38,340 nucleotides of DNA from an uncultured Opitutales bacterium. Lineage in GTDB: Bacteria > Verrucomicrobiota > Verrucomicrobiia > Opitutales > JABDGR01. The notes below the pieces were generated by a model. It saw nothing but the letters and a program-made list of their open reading frames with translations, was not told where the DNA came from and did no database searches. This document shows, piece after piece, positions 16,094 through 25,636 of this stretch. The DNA is taken from assembly GCA_964499725.1 (NCBI GenBank), contig CAZCMU010000002.1, forward strand, positions 1-38,340, in the 5' to 3' direction. A program made the position numbers and the translations under genes. Numbering within the stretch: position 1 is the stretch's first letter; every line of letters starts with the position of its first letter.

Positions 16094-17596
16094 ATGTCCA
16101 TGCCGGCCTCCATTCTCCATATTCTCGCCGTCAGCAGTCTGCCCGCGACCCTGGAACCAACCCATTGGCCGCGCGACTTGTGGCTCATCACCCAAGACCT
16201 CTTGGGCCAGCATCTGCGGATTTTCATCGGCTTTGTGCTGGCCCTGCTTGTCGTCGGGCGGTTGATGCTCGAAAAGCGCAATCCCAGTAACGTTTACGCT
16301 TGGGGGCTAATCATCTTCTTCGTCCCCTGGCTCGGCGTGCCCTTGTATTTTTTGTTTGGCGGTCGCAAGAGCCGGAAAATGGTTAAGCTGAAGCTGGAAA
16401 TCAACGACTATGCCACCCACTTGGCCGCCGGGATTCCGGCTGGATCAGTGCCGGTGATGGGTACTAATTCGCCGGTGTCACCCCGCCGCCGATTCTCGCA
16501 GAATTCCTTCCGGCTCTTTGGCGATGGGGTCGAGACTTACCGCGCGCTTCGCGCCGAAATTGCCCGTGCGGAAAAATCCATTCATCTCCAAACTTTCATC
16601 CTCGGGCGCGACGAACCAGCCCGGCAAATCGTCGCCGACCTGGCGGAGCGCGCCCGCGCGGGCGTGGAGGTAAAATTGCTCCTTGATGCCCTTGGCAGTT
16701 TGGGCGCTTGTGGCAGCTTCGTCGAGCCGCTGAGGAAAGCAGGCGGTCGCACCGCCCGCTTTATGCCCGTGCTGCCGCTGCAAACCAAGACCTCTGCCAA
16801 CCTGCGCAACCACCGCAAATTCGCGGCTTTTGACGGCGACCGCGTCATTGTCGGCGGTCAAAACATTGACCACCGTTTCATTGACTCGCGCGATACGCCG
16901 GAGCTGTTTCTGGATTTCAGCGCGCAAATCGAGGGCCCGGTCGTCGCGGCCTTTAACCGCAATTTCGTCAGCGACTGGTGCTTCGCCTCCCACGATTCGC
17001 CCAAAAAATTTCAGGAACTGCTCGCGCATCTTCCCGCTGCGTGCGGCTCGGAGTCGGCGGAGGTTCTTTCCAGCGGCCCGGATGTCTCCGGCGACCCGCT
17101 GTGGGAACGCCTGCTCATCTTCGCCCAACAATGTCGCCGCGAACTCACGATTGTGACGCCCTATTTCATCCCCGATGAGGTGCTGTTCCGCTCGTTGATT
17201 GTCCTGGCTCATTGCGGCCGCCACATTCGCATCATTGTGCCGGAAAATTCCAATCATATCATTGCGGATTTTGCCCGGCACTTCTACCTGCGCCAGTTGC
17301 ACGATGCCGGGGTCGAAGTGCTGCTCTACCGCCCAAAAATGATCCACGCCAAACTCGTGCTGATGGACGGCGAAGTCGCCCTGATGGGCTCGGCCAACAT
17401 GGATATGCGCAGCCTGTTCGTGAATTTCGAAATCGGCGTCTTTCTTTACTCGCCCGATTCCATCCGCGAATTGACTGCCTGGGCGGGTAATCTGCTTCAC
17501 GATTGCGTAACGTATCTCGATTCCGGCCATGCCGGCGCCGGCGCCAACCGTCGCTTAATGGAGGACTTTTCCCACCTCCTCGGGCCATTGTTGTAG
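16094..17596 (+). CDS. cls: Cardiolipin synthase (PLD superfamily, two HKD motifs)
   Basis: Two N-terminal TM helices end in ...IFFVPWLGVPLYFLFGGRK. HKD-1 is HRKFAAFDGDRVIVGGQN and HKD-2 is IHAKLVLMDGEVALMGSANMD. ATG at 16094 follows an AGGAA; the track start at 16019 is less likely. Confidence 0.85.
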   Translation: MSMPASILHILAVSSLPATLEPTHWPRDLWLITQDLLGQHLRIFIGFVLALLVVGRLMLEKRNPSNVYAWGLIIFFVPWLGVPLYFLFGGRKSRKMVKLKLEINDYATHLAAGIPAGSVPVMGTNSPVSPRRRFSQNSFRLFGDGVETYRALRAEIARAEKSIHLQTFILGRDEPARQIVADLAERARAGVEVKLLLDALGSLGACGSFVEPLRKAGGRTARFMPVLPLQTKTSANLRNHRKFAAFDGDRVIVGGQNIDHRFIDSRDTPELFLDFSAQIEGPVVAAFNRNFVSDWCFASHDSPKKFQELLAHLPAACGSESAEVLSSGPDVSGDPLWERLLIFAQQCRRELTIVTPYFIPDEVLFRSLIVLAHCGRHIRIIVPENSNHIIADFARHFYLRQLHDAGVEVLLYRPKMIHAKLVLMDGEVALMGSANMDMRSLFVNFEIGVFLYSPDSIRELTAWAGNLLHDCVTYLDSGHAGAGANRRLMEDFSHLLGPLL

Positions 17597-17605
17597 CCTG
17601 CCGGC

Positions 17606-18634
17606 TTACTCCTTCGCCTCAAACAATTCGTGCTGCGAAGTTGGGGCTATCGTCGGCGGTGGTGAATGCAAATGCCGCGGCGGTTTTGTCACCCGTGCCG
17701 ACACCGCGCCTTCGCGGTCGCGAACCACTCGCTCGCACATGGCCAGCACATGCATTTTCAGCCACTGCGCTGTGCTGCTCTCGGCCCGGTAATCCGCCGG
17801 GCCGTAGGCATGAATGCGCCCCGTCTGCAACAGGCTGTCGTTCTGCGCAAATTCTGCCGGATTGGCCGGGTCATAAACGGCGTAGGTCTGCCCGCCATTG
17901 CGACGTACCACAGAGAACACCGGCACGTCGCTCGGCCCGTCGGCCACATAAATCATATTCTTTATTGGCACCCGCCGGTCCTCGGCCCGTACGACGGAGT
18001 TCACGTCAATCGCCGGATTTTTGTTTGAACCTTTGTTGATTTCAAAAATGAAGCGGGTCTTGATCGTGTTGTCCACCATCACACCGATTTGTGCGATTTC
18101 CCAGTCCGTGCCGTCCAGCGTCATCTCCTGCTGTCGGCTGAAGTGCGGCGGCAACGGATTTTCCACAAACTCGCAACCATAGATGCCGTCAACTTTCGAC
18201 GCGATGGCGCTGCCGCGTATCATCTCCGCCAGTCCCGTGCTGATAATGTAGTGCTCCAGGCTGATTTCATGGCGGGTGAATTCGGGACGGCTGCGCGCCA
18301 CCTCGCGCAGGTCGTCGAACAGTTTCGGCAGGCCGGGGAAAAATTTCAGTTTCCCGCCCAGTTCGCGCAACAACCGGTTGTTCAGCCCGCGCATTGGCCC
18401 GTTGCGGACATAACTGAGCAGGTGGTTGAGGTAACTGGTGTCCTTCGATACATGCACTCCCCGTCGCGCATAAGCGTCCGGCAGCTTGTTGACCTCCGCC
18501 CAGAACTGCTGCTCGTCCACGTCGAAGTGCCGGAAAATCGGCGTCTGCATGTAGCCGGGCACCAGCGTCTTGTCAAAATCCCAGACAACCGCGACAATCT
18601 CGCGGCTCCGCAGGGTGTTCTCGTTTTCAGACAT
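17606..18634 (-). CDS. HAD-superfamily hydrolase (phosphoserine-phosphatase-like subfamily) with a C-terminal extension
   Basis: HAD motif I is VWDFDKTL (DxDxT), motif II is IISTG, and motif IV is [10 protein letters not shown]. It is 342 aa, with about 90 aa beyond the HAD core. Confidence 0.7.
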   Translation of the reverse strand: MSENENTLRSREIVAVVWDFDKTLVPGYMQTPIFRHFDVDEQQFWAEVNKLPDAYARRGVHVSKDTSYLNHLLSYVRNGPMRGLNNRLLRELGGKLKFFPGLPKLFDDLREVARSRPEFTRHEISLEHYIISTGLAEMIRGSAIASKVDGIYGCEFVENPLPPHFSRQQEMTLDGTDWEIAQIGVMVDNTIKTRFIFEINKGSNKNPAIDVNSVVRAEDRRVPIKNMIYVADGPSDVPVFSVVRRNGGQTYAVYDPANPAEFAQNDSLLQTGRIHAYGPADYRAESSTAQWLKMHVLAMCERVVRDREGAVSARVTKPPRHLHSPPPTIAPTSQHELFEAKE

Positions 18635-18763
18635 AATCGGTAGGGGCGTCGCTTGCGACGGCCCTAACTTTTACCTTAACCCACTGGCCGCGGCCTTTAA
18701 ACAAAAAACCGCACGCAGGCTTCCCTTCCCGCCCCATTTGCGCTAGGTTTCCCAGCTTCCCTC

Positions 18764-19858
18764 ATGGATATTCCACCCATTGAGCCATTCACCAAGCGCC
18801 TCGCCGAGATTGATGCGCTCATGCAGGCGTCTGATTTCTACAGCGATCAACGGCGCGCGGCGGAGCTTGGCCGGGAACACCAAAAGCTCACCGAACTCGT
18901 CGGCCTCCATGCGAAATTGACTCAAACCGCATCCGCGATCAAAGAGCACGAAACGATGCTTGCCGATCCCGCCACCGATGCCGATTTGCGCACCCTGGCC
19001 GAAGAGGAGCTCATCGCCTTGCGCCCTGAACTGCCCAAGCTGCATGAGCAAGTCATGCTCGCCATGTGCCCGCCCGACCCAGCTGACGCCCGCAACACCA
19101 TCGTCGAAATTCGCGCTGGCACCGGGGGCGACGAAGCCTCCCTTTTTGCCGCCGAGATGGCCCGCCTTTACACCCGCTACGCCGAAACGCGTGGCTGGAA
19201 GGTCGAGCCCCTTGACTCCAGCCCGTCCGAAGCCGGCGGCGTCAAAGACATCACCTTCCTTGTCACGGGCGACGACGTTTACCGCACGCTCAAGTGGGAA
19301 AGCGGCGTCCACCGCGTCCAGCGCGTGCCCGCGACCGAGGCCAACGGCCGCATCCACACTTCCACCGTCACCGTCGCGGTCCTGCCCGAAGCGGAGGAAG
19401 TGGACGTGCAAATTAGCCCCGACGAACTCGAAATCACCGTCGCCCGCGCCAGCGGCCCCGGCGGCCAAGGCGTCAATACCACGGACTCCGCCGTGCAAAT
19501 CATCCACAAACCCACTGGCTTGATTGTAAAGTGTGCCGACGAACGCTCGCAGCTCAAAAACAAAGCCAAGGCGCTCAAAGTGCTCCGTGCGCGCCTACTT
19601 GAGCGTAAACAGGACGAAGAATCCGCCAAATACTCCGCCCAACGCAAAGCCCAAATTGGCACCGGCGACCGCTCCGAGCGCATCCGCACCTACAATTTCC
19701 CCCAGTCGCGCCTCACCGACCACCGCATCGGCTTTACTGCTCACAACCTGCCCAACATCATGGAAGGCGAAATCGGCGACCTGCTGTTGGCTTTGTCCGA
19801 AGCGGAAAAAGTGGAGAAACTGAAGCGACTCACGGAAAAATCTGCCGCCGCCAATTAA
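18764..19858 (+). CDS. prfA: Peptide chain release factor 1
   Basis: The GGQ motif (SGPGGQGVNTTDSAV) and the RF1-type PxT tripeptide (VPATEANGRIHTS) are present. The 364-aa length is typical. Confidence 0.95.
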   Translation: MDIPPIEPFTKRLAEIDALMQASDFYSDQRRAAELGREHQKLTELVGLHAKLTQTASAIKEHETMLADPATDADLRTLAEEELIALRPELPKLHEQVMLAMCPPDPADARNTIVEIRAGTGGDEASLFAAEMARLYTRYAETRGWKVEPLDSSPSEAGGVKDITFLVTGDDVYRTLKWESGVHRVQRVPATEANGRIHTSTVTVAVLPEAEEVDVQISPDELEITVARASGPGGQGVNTTDSAVQIIHKPTGLIVKCADERSQLKNKAKALKVLRARLLERKQDEESAKYSAQRKAQIGTGDRSERIRTYNFPQSRLTDHRIGFTAHNLPNIMEGEIGDLLLALSEAEKVEKLKRLTEKSAAAN

Positions 19859-21570
19859 AGCTGCTTCCCGACCTCCGCCATCCTTATCGCGGATTCCCGC
19901 AAGCCCCCCTCACGAGCGCGATTGCCCCAATGGTCCATAAATCGCTCAACCAACTCCGGCAATTCTTCCGCCAGCGGACGCAGGCTCTTTCTTTCTCGTG
20001 TTCTTAACGCCCGGCGGATGGCCCACGCCGCCATGTCCGCGCCTACTTCCAATTCACCCATACTGCGGTATTCCCACAGATACTTTTCGCCAAACCGAAT
20101 CAGCTTCTTCCGATTTATTTGTAATCGAGCAAGCGCATCCACCAATTCGGCAGACGATAGCGTCGCGAGTTCCTTCTTCAATTCCGCCCGCGTCGCAAAA
20201 AATAACCCATGGTGCCGGCTGCGATTGGGCTTGGGCTGCGAAAGTCCGTTTTCCACCCGGCCCAGTTCCAATAAAATTTCCCCGTAACCGGAATTGACGC
20301 TCTGGCTGAAGGTGAGGTTCACCGCCCGTGCTACACCAGCCCGTTTGGTGCCCGCGCGGTTCCAAGCCAGCCCTGCGGCATACACTATGCCCGGATACAT
20401 CACCGGCCATGGTTGATGATTCCCTCCATCGCCCCACGAGGTCAGCAGCAACCCCTCCGCGCCATGCGCCAAGCCGTGTTTCGCCGCTGATTCCAGATTT
20501 GCCAGCATATTATCCGTGCGCCCGCTAAATGTATTCCACGCTGAAGTCCCCGGACAGATCCAAAACTTTCGTTTGGCCGCCGCCAACCGCGCACATTGCC
20601 AGGCAAACGGATGGTTTGCTTCATAACCCCAGAGGAGTGCCGTGGCGTCGGCCGGCACTTCGTCAATGAGTTCCGGTTTCTCTAGAAGAATATCCGCCCA
20701 GAAAAACATCTCCTTGCCATGCTTCGCCGCCTGCCGGTGCAGCTTTTTGAGAAAATCCAAATAGACTCGCTGTTTGCCGTGCTTTTTCACCAGCGTTTTG
20801 CTCCAGCCCTGGCCAAGCTCCCATGGCTCGTCGCCCCCGAGATTAAACCGGCGCGATTTAAACAGCGGCAGATACTCGCTCCACAATTTGTTTAAAAACT
20901 TCAGGCTGCTGTCATGAGGCCGCAGGGTAGTGCCATGCGCCATTTTTCCCTTAACTGGATGCGTGAATCCCTTTGGGCATTCCGCCAGATGTTTATAGTT
21001 CGGATGGCGCAGCCACCGTTCGAAATGCCCAAACGAGTTAAAATTGGCCGATAGCTCAATGTGATTCTCGCGGCAAAGTTTTTGCAGCTCAGTGATGTCT
21101 TTCGCCGTCAAGGCATCGGCCTCTCCCCAGACTTCCTCATGCCCGCGAAAAGCAAATGTGTGCTCCGTATAAAGTTGGAGATGATTGTATTTCAGTTCCG
21201 CCAAAGCCCGAACCAGGTTTCGCAGCGCCCCCGGCTCCGGCACCTTGCATCGGCTGATGTCCAGCATGAACCCACGCACGGCAAAGTCCGGCTCATCCTC
21301 CACCCGCAGGCAGGGTAGGGTGTCCCCGCATTGTTTACGCAGTTGGTCCAGGGTGCGTAGCGCATGCTCAATACCCGCTTGACTGCCCGCGACAATGGAG
21401 CTGAACCGCGTGGTGATTTCCAGTTCATACGCCTCCAGTGCCAAGCCGCGGTTAATCGCGCTGCTAATTTTCGGCTTGCCGCTGCGAATCTTCTGCACCC
21501 CCCGTGTGCGCTCGACCAATTTCGGCGGCGGCCACAATATAAACTCATTCCTTGACGCTGGCTTGCTCAT
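19855..21570 (-). CDS. Glycoside hydrolase family 20-like protein (beta-N-acetylhexosaminidase-like), no signal peptide
   Basis: The TIM-barrel start is VRGFMLDISRCKVPEPGALRNLVRALAELKYNHLQLYTEH. The catalytic-pair context NLGGDEPWE compares with the GH20 HxGGDE motif. The ATG overlaps the ogg stop (ATGA). Confidence 0.75.
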   Translation of the reverse strand: MSKPASRNEFILWPPPKLVERTRGVQKIRSGKPKISSAINRGLALEAYELEITTRFSSIVAGSQAGIEHALRTLDQLRKQCGDTLPCLRVEDEPDFAVRGFMLDISRCKVPEPGALRNLVRALAELKYNHLQLYTEHTFAFRGHEEVWGEADALTAKDITELQKLCRENHIELSANFNSFGHFERWLRHPNYKHLAECPKGFTHPVKGKMAHGTTLRPHDSSLKFLNKLWSEYLPLFKSRRFNLGGDEPWELGQGWSKTLVKKHGKQRVYLDFLKKLHRQAAKHGKEMFFWADILLEKPELIDEVPADATALLWGYEANHPFAWQCARLAAAKRKFWICPGTSAWNTFSGRTDNMLANLESAAKHGLAHGAEGLLLTSWGDGGNHQPWPVMYPGIVYAAGLAWNRAGTKRAGVARAVNLTFSQSVNSGYGEILLELGRVENGLSQPKPNRSRHHGLFFATRAELKKELATLSSAELVDALARLQINRKKLIRFGEKYLWEYRSMGELEVGADMAAWAIRRALRTRERKSLRPLAEELPELVERFMDHWGNRAREGGLRESAIRMAEVGKQL

Positions 21571-22487
21571 GGCTTGCTTTTCTCACTCCTCTCGCCCGAA
21601 AACAAAAATTGCTGGGCCAGTCCCGCCAGTCGGCCAAAATGGGCGCGCCCAAACTGGGCCACCTGCGGCGGTGACCAGCCGTGCAGACCATACCGCTCTG
21701 CCATTGCCTGCAAAATCCAGGTGTCCACGGGAAACGCCTCATAGTTTGCCGCGCCAAAGAGCAGGACGCAATCGGCGATCTTAGGCCCCACCCCCGGCAG
21801 GCTGTTTAGCCACGCGTGCGTATCCTTATAGGAATTTTTCCGCACAAAATTTTCCCATCCCGACTCCGCTTGCAACCGTAGCGCTGTCTGCCGGATAAAA
21901 TTCGCCCGGTAGCCCAAGCCGCACCCGCGCAAGTCGTGCTCGGAAATTTCCGCGAGTCTCGGCCAGGTCGGCAGCGCATGAATGCCGCCCCAAATTGGCT
22001 CACCGAACCTCGCGGCCATTTTTTCGCAAATTTGCGCAATATGTGGAATCTGTTTCGCACTACTGCATAAAAACGCCAGCAAAGTTTCTCCCAACGGCTG
22101 GCGCAGCAACCGCAAACCCGGCCATTCCCGCCGCCGCTGCTCCAGCACCGCATCCGTGCGCCAGGGCAATTCATCGGCCAGTTGGTCGAAATCCACCTCT
22201 GTGGCAAAATAGTCTTCGATCGCCGGGGTGACTCGCGCGGTCAGTATTTTGGGACAAGTCCATTCCAGTTGGCCGCCCGACCCCGCCCGCACCCGCGCGA
22301 TGCAGTCCGCCCACACCCCTTGCCACACTTCCAGTTCACCCGGCACCGTCTGCCACCGAAACGCCTGGCCGCCGCGCAATGTTTCAACCAAGGCCGGCGC
22401 TGTAATGATTAAAGTGGCCGCTGTCGGTTGCCACCGCTGCCAATTGACCTTCCTGGACTGCTCGGGGTATTCCAAAAGCTTTTTCAC
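21567..22487 (-). CDS. ogg: 8-oxoguanine DNA glycosylase / AP lyase, Ogg1-type (HhH-GPD)
   Basis: An N-terminal OGG-like domain is followed by an HhH-GPD region: LNSLPGVGPKIADCVLLFG...EAFPVDTWI. GTG start at 22487. Confidence 0.8.
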   Translation of the reverse strand: MKKLLEYPEQSRKVNWQRWQPTAATLIITAPALVETLRGGQAFRWQTVPGELEVWQGVWADCIARVRAGSGGQLEWTCPKILTARVTPAIEDYFATEVDFDQLADELPWRTDAVLEQRRREWPGLRLLRQPLGETLLAFLCSSAKQIPHIAQICEKMAARFGEPIWGGIHALPTWPRLAEISEHDLRGCGLGYRANFIRQTALRLQAESGWENFVRKNSYKDTHAWLNSLPGVGPKIADCVLLFGAANYEAFPVDTWILQAMAERYGLHGWSPPQVAQFGRAHFGRLAGLAQQFLFSGERSEKSKP

Positions 22488-22511
22488 GATCCTCGCGATG
22501 CCGTCCCAAAT

Positions 22512-23096
22512 TTATGGATTCGCTGGCGCGGCGGTTGCGGCCGCCGGAGCGGCGTTGTCGGGCAGACTCCACAAGAAACTCTGGCGCGAAGCCAGGACTT
22601 TTCCCGCCGCGTCTTCCAGCGTAAGTTTGTAGGCTACAATCGTGCTGAGCTTATCCGGCCAGTCCAGCCCTGTCAGGCCCAGGCAAATTTCCGGCCAGGT
22701 GCCCGTCGCGCTCGAAAAGACCAACTTCGCGTGGCGTGGCGCCGGATTGTCGCTGCGGATATAGTCCAGTTCCGCCTGTGTGCCAGCGGGCAGCACAATC
22801 CCAGGATGCCAGGCCAGACTAATGATAAAATAGTACCCCGCCCGTTCTCTGGGATCCGTCCGCTCGATAACCCGATCGCTTTTATTTTCTACTCCGGTGA
22901 AATATTCCGAGATTCGCCGGAAATTTGCCGCCTCCATGTAATGGTGGTCAACGTGCTGAATAACTACGCCGGGCGAACTCACCTCGGTCGAGCCGCTGGT
23001 GGCACTGGCCGGGGGCGTGGAACAACCCGCCAGCAGGCCCAACCCGGCGGCCAATAAAGCCGTCGCCCAGACCCGTGGTGGCGAGAGGCTGCGCAT
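22512..23096 (-). CDS. Hypothetical lipoprotein
   Basis: The signal peptide carries a lipobox (ALLAAGLGLLAGC-S). I recognise no family. It has an Ala/Pro-rich C-terminal tail. Confidence 0.6.
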   Translation of the reverse strand: MRSLSPPRVWATALLAAGLGLLAGCSTPPASATSGSTEVSSPGVVIQHVDHHYMEAANFRRISEYFTGVENKSDRVIERTDPRERAGYYFIISLAWHPGIVLPAGTQAELDYIRSDNPAPRHAKLVFSSATGTWPEICLGLTGLDWPDKLSTIVAYKLTLEDAAGKVLASRQSFLWSLPDNAAPAAATAAPANP

Positions 23097-23125
23097 GGTA
23101 TGAAAGCCGGGAGCTTCCCGCCCGG

Positions 23126-23257
23126 TCAGGACTTGGCCTTTTTGGATGACTTGGCGGCCTTGGCCGCGATAGCGGCAGCCCGGGTCGCCGCATTGCGACG
23201 CTTGAGGTAAGCGACGCGGCGCTTGCGTTTGATTTCTTTATTATACTGTTTGCTCAT
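23126..23257 (-). CDS. Possible small highly basic protein (43 aa), below the ORF-track length cut-off
   Basis: My translation from ATG 23257 to TGA 23126-23128 is MSKQYNKEIKRKRRVAYLKRRNAATRAAAIAAKAAKSSKKAKS. It fills an otherwise empty 222-bp gap (23097-23319) between queD and the lipoprotein gene, on the same strand. I assign no family. Confidence 0.3.
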   Translation of the reverse strand: MSKQYNKEIKRKRRVAYLKRRNAATRAAAIAAKAAKSSKKAKS

Positions 23258-23319
23258 ACGTAAAGGGGGAACTGTTGGTACTGCGGATGCGCCGCCGGGT
23301 CAAGGGTGCAAATCAGCCT

Positions 23320-23775
23320 CTATTCTGAGTACTCGGCCCACGAGCTGCTCGTTTCCCAGACCCGAACGCTGGCCAGTCGCAGGGCCGTGGTGATGGGATA
23401 CTTTGCCTTTCGCCTCTTTGCATAAGCCGCGAGGCGCTTTTTTGCCTCTACAAAAATTGCGCGGGCCATCACTTCCGTGGTCGGGTCTTCTCCCGCAAAG
23501 GGGATGACTTGCGCGCCGTAAGCGGCCTTGAGCTGGACAAAGTTGGGGTCCTTGGTGTTTACACACAAGGCATGGTCGAAGCTTTGTAAATAGTCCCCCA
23601 GCGCGTCTTTGACGGCCTTGAAGTCACAGACCATCTCGTTGCGGTCGAGCACACCAGCCTCCAAAATGACCTCCACCCTGCGCGAATGCCCATGCGGGTA
23701 CCTGCATAAGTCCGGATGCTTCGAGAGCATGTGGCCGCTCTCAATCTCAAAAATTTTGCAGATGCGGTAAGGCAT
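23320..23775 (-). CDS. queD: 6-carboxy-5,6,7,8-tetrahydropterin synthase
   Basis: The zinc/catalytic motif context is CRYPHGHSRRVEV. The 151-aa size fits the PTPS/QueD family, and the gene lies next to queE/queC. Confidence 0.9.
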   Translation of the reverse strand: MPYRICKIFEIESGHMLSKHPDLCRYPHGHSRRVEVILEAGVLDRNEMVCDFKAVKDALGDYLQSFDHALCVNTKDPNFVQLKAAYGAQVIPFAGEDPTTEVMARAIFVEAKKRLAAYAKRRKAKYPITTALRLASVRVWETSSSWAEYSE

Positions 23776-23792
23776 GAGTTCAAAAAAGAAGG

Positions 23793-24485
23793 TTAAGTCC
23801 CGCGCCGGTTGCCAAACAGCTCAATGTGCAGCCGGTGACAATATCGGTACCCGTGGCGCCGGCAGAGTTCAACGAGCGTCGCTTCGCGCGAACGCAGGGC
23901 CTCCACGGTGATGCCTTCGGGCATAAGCAGGATTTTTTCAGGCGGGATTTTCCCGCCCAAGTCGCGCAAAAGCAATTGAATTTCGTCTAGGTCGCCGGCG
24001 CCCGAAACCACAAATTTCAGTTGAAACGGATAATTTTCCACCCATTCCCTCACCACCGCCGGCTGCCAGCGCAGCTTTTCGTGTCGGCTGCGCCAGGCCT
24101 CAAACAATTCCGCATCCGGCGCGGAGTTCTTTAATTTCGGGCTGAGCGACGCCAAATCACACGCAATACCTCCCGGCGCTACCGTGCCTGCTGTCTCAAT
24201 CGTGATGTGTTTGCCCCTTTCCCTCAACGCTGCCGCTAGTTCGCGGATTCCCTTCGCCACCATCGGTTCCCCGCCAGTAAGGACCACATGCCGCGCGAGA
24301 TATTTATCCACCTCCCGTAAAATTTCTTCCAGCGGCATCTCCTGACCCTCCGGATTCCACGACGCATATGGCGTGTCGCACCAGTTGCAGCGTAAGTTGC
24401 AGCCCGAAGTGCGCACGAATACCGACGGTGTGCCCGTCAGCTCGCCTTCGCCCTGCAGCGAATAAAATATCTCGGCAATGAACAT
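23793..24485 (-). CDS. queE: 7-carboxy-7-deazaguanine synthase (radical SAM)
   Basis: The N-terminus FYSLQGEGELTGTPSVFVRTSGCNLRCNWCDTPY is typical of QueE. Confidence 0.9.
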   Translation of the reverse strand: MFIAEIFYSLQGEGELTGTPSVFVRTSGCNLRCNWCDTPYASWNPEGQEMPLEEILREVDKYLARHVVLTGGEPMVAKGIRELAAALRERGKHITIETAGTVAPGGIACDLASLSPKLKNSAPDAELFEAWRSRHEKLRWQPAVVREWVENYPFQLKFVVSGAGDLDEIQLLLRDLGGKIPPEKILLMPEGITVEALRSREATLVELCRRHGYRYCHRLHIELFGNRRGT

Positions 24486-24497
24486 TTTGGCGCGGCC

Positions 24498-25187
24498 TTA
24501 CTTTGAACCCGGCCTCGGCGGCAACGGCGCAGTGCTGGCGTAAATGGTCGGGTCGGGCAGTTTGGCCAAAATGAACGCCTCGCGGCGCTCGACACAAGTG
24601 CCGCAAGTTCCGCACTGGACTCCGCCGCCTTTGTAGCACGACCACGTTTTTGAAAAATCCACGCCCAGCCGCTCGCCGCGCTCCACAATTTGCCTCTTGC
24701 TCAAATGGATGAAGGGTCGCAACAGTTGCACGCCAACGTACGTGCCCGCCTGGATGGCCGCGTTCATCGCCTCCATAAACACCTCGCGGCAGTCCGGGTA
24801 AACTGTGTGGTCGCCGGCATGGGCCGCGATGACCACCCCCTGCGCTCCGACAGATTCGGCATAGCCCGCCGCGATGGACAACATTATGCCGTTGCGGAAC
24901 GGCACCACCGTCTGCTTCATCGTGTCTTCCTGATAATGGCCGTCGGGAATCGTGCCGCCAAACTTCATCAAGGCGGACTTGAGCAGCCGCGGCATGAAAT
25001 CCAAGGCTACGACCTTTTGTGGAATTTGCAGTTGCTCGCAGTGCCACTTGGCATAGGGAATTTCCCGCTCGTTGTGTTTGGATCCATAGTTAAAGCTCAG
25101 TGCGCCCACGACTTGGTGCTGCACGTGGGCCTCGTAAAGCGCGGTCGTCGAGTCAATGCCGCCGCTGGCCAAAACGACAACTTTCAT
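24498..25187 (-). CDS. queC: 7-cyano-7-deazaguanine synthase
   Basis: The PP-loop is MKVVVLASGGIDSTT. The C-terminal Zn-cysteine cluster is CYKGGGVQCGTCGTCVER. Confidence 0.95.
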   Translation of the reverse strand: MKVVVLASGGIDSTTALYEAHVQHQVVGALSFNYGSKHNEREIPYAKWHCEQLQIPQKVVALDFMPRLLKSALMKFGGTIPDGHYQEDTMKQTVVPFRNGIMLSIAAGYAESVGAQGVVIAAHAGDHTVYPDCREVFMEAMNAAIQAGTYVGVQLLRPFIHLSKRQIVERGERLGVDFSKTWSCYKGGGVQCGTCGTCVERREAFILAKLPDPTIYASTAPLPPRPGSK

Positions 25188-25189
25188 GG

Positions 25190-25636
25190 TCAGCCTTTTG
25201 GGGCCGCAGCCGCGGCTCCTGCGCGCGGATATTCGACCACCACGGATAATCCCAACCCCCCTCGCGGTGCAAATTTGCCCGTGATTTTTAAGATTCGCGG
25301 GCGGCAGGCCCGCACCAGATCATCGTGAATGCGGTTGATGACTTGTTCGTTAAACGCCGGCTCGTTGCGAAACGACGTCAAATAAAACTTTAGCGCCTTG
25401 GTTTCCAGACACGCCCGGCCCGGCACATAATCAATCACGAGGTGCGCAAAATCCGGCTGGCCCGTCACCGGGCACAGGGAGGTGAAGTCCGGGCAATCGA
25501 GCCGAATCCAGTAATCACGACGCGGGTGTGGATTGGGAAATGTTTCCAGGCGTGCACGGTCGGGCGATGTGGGAGCGGACTTCTCTGAATGTCCGAGCAA
25601 GGTGAGACCCGGAAATTTTTGGCGCAAACGTTTCAT
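25190..25636 (-). CDS. queF: NADPH-dependent 7-cyano-7-deazaguanine (preQ0) reductase, unimodular type
   Basis: The catalytic Cys context is LCPVTGQPDFAHLVIDY. The QueF motif is ETKALKFYL (ExKxxKxY). It is 148 aa. Confidence 0.9.
   Translation of the reverse strand: MKRLRQKFPGLTLLGHSEKSAPTSPDRARLETFPNPHPRRDYWIRLDCPDFTSLCPVTGQPDFAHLVIDYVPGRACLETKALKFYLTSFRNEPAFNEQVINRIHDDLVRACRPRILKITGKFAPRGGLGLSVVVEYPRAGAAAAAPKG

Noticed and set aside
14917-16213. N-terminal extensions given by the ORF track for birA (to 15081), queG (to 16213), the NamZ-like gene (to 27211), the ABC permease (to 11851), the DUF4340 gene (TTG 9416) and the EIIA-like gene (to 33408).
   Set aside because: The extensions overlap the upstream gene or translate into Arg/Trp/Cys-rich non-protein-like sequence. 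Internal ATGs give family-typical N-termini (wHTH, lipobox, signal anchor) and tidy intergenic spacing.
16094-17596. The PLD-superfamily protein as a possible HKD nuclease or defence effector.
   Set aside because: It has two N-terminal TM helices, two full HKD motifs, and the size and architecture of ClsA-type cardiolipin synthases. No defence-type partners are adjacent.
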